Assembly: GCF_001194135.2 (NCBI RefSeq) | Contig: NC_069002.1 | Location: 3,189,754-3,224,570, forward strand | From: Octopus bimaculoides | Taxonomy: Eukaryota | Direction of reading: 5' to 3' | DNA: 34,817 nt | Shown: one piece after another, positions 29,959 to 34,817 of the stretch | Layout: each line of letters opens with the position of its first letter | Position numbering within the stretch: position 1 is the stretch's first letter | Made by a program: the position numbers and the translations under genes | The notes under the pieces: model-generated | The model's input: the letters and a program-made list of their open reading frames with translations, nothing else | Databases searched by the model: none | What the model was told of the DNA's origin: nothing

Positions 29959-30362
29959 TGCATGGGATGGAATACACGTAATCATTGGTCATATTCTCTT
30001 CTATTGGTGGTTTTACTCGAAGGGGATATTTGCGAAGTGTTGTAGTATTACTCTTGAATGCTGTCCTGATGTCATATGGGCTGCATATCTTTTGTATCTT
30101 TCCAGAGAGGCCTTTCACATAGGATAGACAGACTGTGGACAGATTATTGGTTTCATCCTCTCATTTCTTCCTAATTGGAGTGGATAGTATGTTTTTGTGA
30201 TAGTTGTTGCTTAATAGATTGTTATTGAGCTTAATCATTTATTCGTGGTGTGTATCAGAAGCGCTAGGATGAAACCGATAATCTGTCCACAGTCTGTCTA
30301 TCCTATGCGAATGGCCTCTCTGAAAAGATACAAAAGATATGCAGCCAATATGACATCAGGAC
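29959..30362 (-). mobile_element. Second Penelope-like fragment with an inverted 97-bp duplication
   Basis: Body 29959-30266 is homologous to about 27235-27541 (KIQKICSPYDIRTAFKSNTTTLRKY...VYSIPC). 30266-30362 is the reverse complement of 30063-30159. Confidence 0.88.
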
Positions 30363-30707
30363 CATAGGTGAGGACAAACACAAAAACCGAACTGAAGATT
30401 GCGGGTTCGGCTTATTTTTTGCCATCCCCTTCTCTTCTGAGGATCAAATGCTGCAAGTGGCTGTAATTCTAGCATCCAATTCAGGCCCCTGCTTGGGAAT
30501 CAAGCTCGAAAGTGTAATGGTGGTTGCTTTTGAGAGTGGTAACCCAGGCTGGAAACAACTACTTCCTTCTGATGCGAAGAGAGCCGTTGCATATCGTTAC
30601 AATCGGTAAACTTAACCAACCCACTTCATTACTGTTACATGTGTGTGTGTTTATGTATATACGTATGTAAACACGCCACTCCCATACATGTGTGTGTGTA
30701 TATATAT

Positions 30708-31090
30708 TCTTTTATTCTTTTATTTGTTTCAGTCATTTGACTGCGGCCATGCTGGAGCACTGCCTTAAGTCGAACAAATCGACCCCAGGACTTATTCTTT
30801 GTAAGCCTAGTACTTATTCTATCGGCCCCTTTTGCCGAACCCCTAAGTTACGGGGACGTGAACACACCAGCATCGGTTGTCAAGCGATGGTAGGGGGACA
30901 AACACAGACATACAAACACACACACATATACACGACGGGCTTCTTTCAGTTTCCGTCTACCAAATCCGCTTGCAGGGCTTTGGTCGGTCCGAGGCTATAG
31001 TAGAAGACACTTGCTCAAGGTGGCACGCAGTGGGACTGAACCCGGATCCATGTGGTTGGTAAGCAAGCTACTTACCACATAGCCACTCCT
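30708..31090 (-). mobile_element. Full-length composite tRNA-SINE (family C/D) with central microsatellite
   Basis: Head aggagtggctatgtggtaagtagc...ccgggttcagtccc; tail ...cagcatggccgcagtcaaatgactgaaacaaataaaaga. Confidence 0.85.
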
Positions 31091-31225
31091 ATATATACAC
31101 ACACACACACAGACACACACACAAACACACTTATATATATACACACACAAACACACATACATATATACACACACACATACATATATACACACATACATAT
31201 ATGTAAGTATGTATTTATATATATT

Positions 31226-31387
31226 GGGGGCAGGCTTGTTTATGGGATTATCCTGGGTTTCCCATCCATAAGTGGTTTAGCTTTATGGCGTATCGTCAAC
31301 ATGTTTTGGGGTCTAATGATACACCATAAAGTTTTAACCCTTTATGGACGGGAAACCCAGGGTAATCCCATAAACCGGTCTTCCCCC
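31226..31387. repeat. Fold-back palindrome (about 70-bp arms, 23-nt loop), MITE-like
   Basis: gtttatgggattatcctgggtttcccatccataag...ttatggcgtatc pairs with gatacaccataaag...tatggacgggaaacccagggtaatcccataaac. Confidence 0.85.
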
Positions 31388-31454
31388 ATAAAGATATACA
31401 CTGCTCTACATCTTAGAGTTCACTTCCTCTCCGGATTTATGTTTTCTACAAAAG

Positions 31455-31491
<37 letters not shown>

Positions 31492-32110
31492 CACACACAC
31501 ACACACATGTTCACAGGTACTGTTTTTATTGTTAGCTTTTTTTGTCAACAAGTCACACTGCAGTCAAACACCACTCCCTCTTGAAAGCACTCTGCATTGT
31601 CAACATGGCGAGGCGGAATGAAGATGATAGCTACGTTAATCCTCTCCTCAAATATACGGTTTTCTTAAGTAACTTCATTGTTTGGGTGAGTTCGTCAACT
31701 ATTTTTACATACGTCTAACCATTCACAAACCTTCTCTAAATTTTTACTCTTTAACTTGGAGTTCTCTGCATTGCGTTCATGCTGGGACGTGCGCTACTTT
31801 CAAAGATCGCATCGAAGGGTGTTAGCATGCCGATAGTTCTTTAATCGATTTCTGATTTATCGATCCGTTTCGTTTCCTGGAAAGTTTGAGGTGGGGTGAG
31901 ATAAATGGCCGCAATTCAAACGACACTGGTTCTTTTGACTGGCAGGGGCAAGAAACATAGGAGCAGATATACATCCACGAAAAACAGGCACACATTCGTA
32001 AATACAAATCCACAAAAAAAGAAACATACGCCTTAGAAAACACACACGCATATGCTTACACACACACACCTCTGTGTGTGTGTGTGTAAATATATATATA
32101 TATATATATA

Positions 32111-32872
32111 NNNNNNNNNNNNNNNNNNNNNNNNNNNNNNNNNNNNNNNNNNNNNNNNNNNNNNNNNNNNNNNNNNNNNNNNNNNNNNNNNNNNNNNNNN
32201 NNNNNNNNNNNNNNNNNNNNNNNNNNNNNNNNNNNNNNNNNNNNNNNNNNNNNNNNNNNNNNNNNNNNNNNNNNNNNNNNNNNNNNNNNNNNNNNNNNNN
32301 NNNNNNNNNNNNNNNNNNNNNNNNNNNNNNNNNNNNNNNNNNNNNNNNNNNNNNNNNNNNNNNNNNNNNNNNNNNNNNNNNNNNNNNNNNNNNNNNNNNN
32401 NNNNNNNNNNNNNNNNNNNNNNNNNNNNNNNNNNNNNNNNNNNNNNNNNNNNNNNNNNNNNNNNNNNNNNNNNNNNNNNNNNNNNNNNNNNNNNNNNNNN
32501 NNNNNNNNNNNNNNNNNNNNNNNNNNNNNNNNNNNNNNNNNNNNNNNNNNNNNNNNNNNNNNNNNNNNNNNNNNNNNNNNNNNNNNNNNNNNNNNNNNNN
32601 NNNNNNNNNNNNNNNNNNNNNNNNNNNNNNNNNNNNNNNNNNNNNNNNNNNNNNNNNNNNNNNNNNNNNNNNNNNNNNNNNNNNNNNNNNNNNNNNNNNN
32701 NNNNNNNNNNNNNNNNNNNNNNNNNNNNNNNNNNNNNNNNNNNNNNNNNNNNNNNNNNNNNNNNNNNNNNNNNNNNNNNNNNNNNNNNNNNNNNNNNNNN
32801 NNNNNNNNNNNNNNNNNNNNNNNNNNNNNNNNNNNNNNNNNNNNNNNNNNNNNNNNNNNNNNNNNNNNNNNN
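32111..32872. other. Assembly gap
   Basis: N-run. Confidence 0.99.
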
Positions 32873-33159
32873 TTAAAAGAGTTCCAACACTGTCTGTTTT
32901 TTATGTTTTATTTATATTCCTGCAGAACCAATGTGGGGTATAGAATATGGAATATACAATATATAATATAATATACAATATATAATATAAAATAAAATAA
33001 AATAAAAATGGATGGCACCATGAAATAAAGTATTGAATGTAGATGAAATATTGAGTGTTCAATATAAAGGATCAAATATATAAATATAAATATATAAAGG
33101 CGACTCGAGTTTCAGGGCTATTTCCCTTCGTCATGGCCGGTATGACAGACTTTAACAGA

Positions 33160-33229
33160 TATATATAGATGTGTGTGTGTGTGTGTGTGTACATGTATAT
33201 ATACACTTAGATGTATGTGTATATATACC

Positions 33230-33280
<51 letters not shown>

Positions 33281-33378
33281 TTGTATACATACATTTATCT
33301 ATGTATGTATATATATTTATATATGTGTGTATGTATACATATATGTATACACACACACACACACGCACACATATATAC
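33160..33378. repeat. Compound (TG)/(TA)/(CA) microsatellite
   Basis: Seen directly. Confidence 0.9.
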
Positions 33379-33590
33379 GAGGGGCTTCTTTCAGTTTCTG
33401 TGAGGACTAATGTTATGATTTGGAAGCACATTAAAAGCATCCACTACACTCTCGGAGTGGTTGGCATTCGGAAGGGCTTCCAGCTGTAGAAAGTCTGCCA
33501 AATCAGATTGGAGCCTGGTGCAGCCTTCTGGCTCTCCAGACTTCAGTTAAACCGTCCAACCCATGCCAACATGGAAAACAGACGTTAATC

Positions 33591-33621
<31 letters not shown>

Positions 33622-34364
33622 ACAGCTGAGTAGACAGAGGCAATGTGAAATGAAGTGTTTTACTTGAGGATACAAAGCACAGTCCAATCCAGGAGCTGGA
33701 ACCATGATCATGTGACCATACATGCAACACCCTAACCACTAATCTCACATGTGTTTCATTTCTGACTATATTTTTCATACTCGTTATGTGTGTTAATACT
33801 AATTCAATTACATAAGCATAAAAAAAACATGAAGATGTGTCTCTCGGGAATGTTTTAAAACAAGAAATACTGGTTGGCACGTTATTATTGTGTTCTCACA
33901 GTTATATTTGTTGTCTATTTTTACCTCTGTGGCTCCAAGTCTGCACTGATCAAGCAGAGTAAAAATCAAAGGCATTCCAACTGGGATTATTCCATTTTGT
34001 GTGATTCCTGTCAAAACAGCCACTGAAGTCTATTGCAGGCTTTGGCCTGGCCGGCTCTTGTGGTGTGGTACTGTCCTACCCATGCTAGCATGGAAGACAG
34101 ATGTTAAACAATGATGATGATGTGTCCTTCTCCATATTAAGGTTAGTTAAGTGCAATCTAAGGAAGATTTAGCACCTATTTCTGAAATGTCCAGTGACCA
34201 CATATACTTAGAATGTAAAGGTGGTTGATATGGCGATGAGCGTTTTGTGCAGTATGCTAACGATTCTGCCAGCTTGAATCCTTATAATCGACTTTGATGG
34301 AATTTGAATGCAGAATGTAAAGACATGAAAAGCATTTTGCCTGGCATGTTAATGATTCTGCTAG

Positions 34365-34817
34365 CTTGTCTCAGTGATTAGAGCATCAGGCTCACAATCA
34401 TGAGGTAGTGAGTTCAATTCCCAGACTGGGCTGTGTGTTGTATTCTTGAGCAAGACACTTTATTTCACGTTGCTCCAATTCTCTCAGCTGTAGAGGCGAG
34501 TTGCAACATCACTGGTGCCAAGCCGTATCGGCCCCTTTACCTTTCCCTTGGAATGCTGGTATGCATGGGTGACTGCTAGTCTTCTATAAACGATCTTGCC
34601 CAGATTTGTGCCTCTCAGGGTAACTTTCTAGGTGCAATCCCATGGTCATTCCATGACTGAAGGGGGTCTCTACCCTTTATCCTTTGCCCTATACATATAA
34701 TGGTGTGGAGAGGGGAGACTGGTATGCATGGCTGACTCCTTGTCTTCCACAAACAACCTTGGCCAGACTTGTGCCTTGGAGGGTAACTTTGTAGGTGCAA
34801 TCCCATGGTCATTCATA
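34365..34817 (+). mobile_element. tRNA-derived SINE with a duplicated 3' half, running off the window end
   Basis: Head gtctcagtgattagagcatcaggctcacaatcatgaggtagtgagttcaattcccag. The 3' block ctggtatgcatgg...ggtaacttt.taggtgcaatcccatggtcattc occurs twice (about 34555-34650 and 34719-34815). Confidence 0.8.

Noticed and set aside
1-34817. CRISPR array or prokaryotic defence system
   Set aside because: The window is eukaryotic with spliced genes, and there is no regularly spaced repeat-spacer array.

Overview
AT-rich animal genomic DNA with five N-gaps and dense SINE/microsatellite content. The repeat families suggest an octopus/coleoid cephalopod (inference, not a database result). Bases 2-22 kb hold four spliced housekeeping genes, each reconstructed by hand with GT-AG junctions and consistent phase. 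C12orf57/GRCC10 (+, 3 exons, 141 aa) has the A of its ATG hidden in a gap. MRPS2 (-, 3 exons, about 282 aa) lies head-to-head with OSTC/DC2 (+, 4 exons, 149 aa). ZZZ3/ATAC1 (-, 8 coding exons, about 441 aa) completes the set. The rest is transposon debris: tRNA-SINEs, Merlin, mariner, hAT-like and RTE remnants, a piggyBac-type MITE, a probable non-autonomous Helitron and two Penelope-like (PLE) fragments. The most interesting signal is a set of minimal type I hammerhead ribozyme motifs. (i) An intact motif sits in a tRNA-headed non-autonomous element whose 3' tail matches the segment fused to a young Penelope RT/GIY-YIG fragment, which suggests a PLE-mobilised SINE. (ii) An unrelated tandem trio at 23.65-23.85 kb has copy-specific, self-complementary stem I helices. 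Separately, the ZZZ3 ZZ finger has lost the Asp used to read the histone H3 N-terminus.
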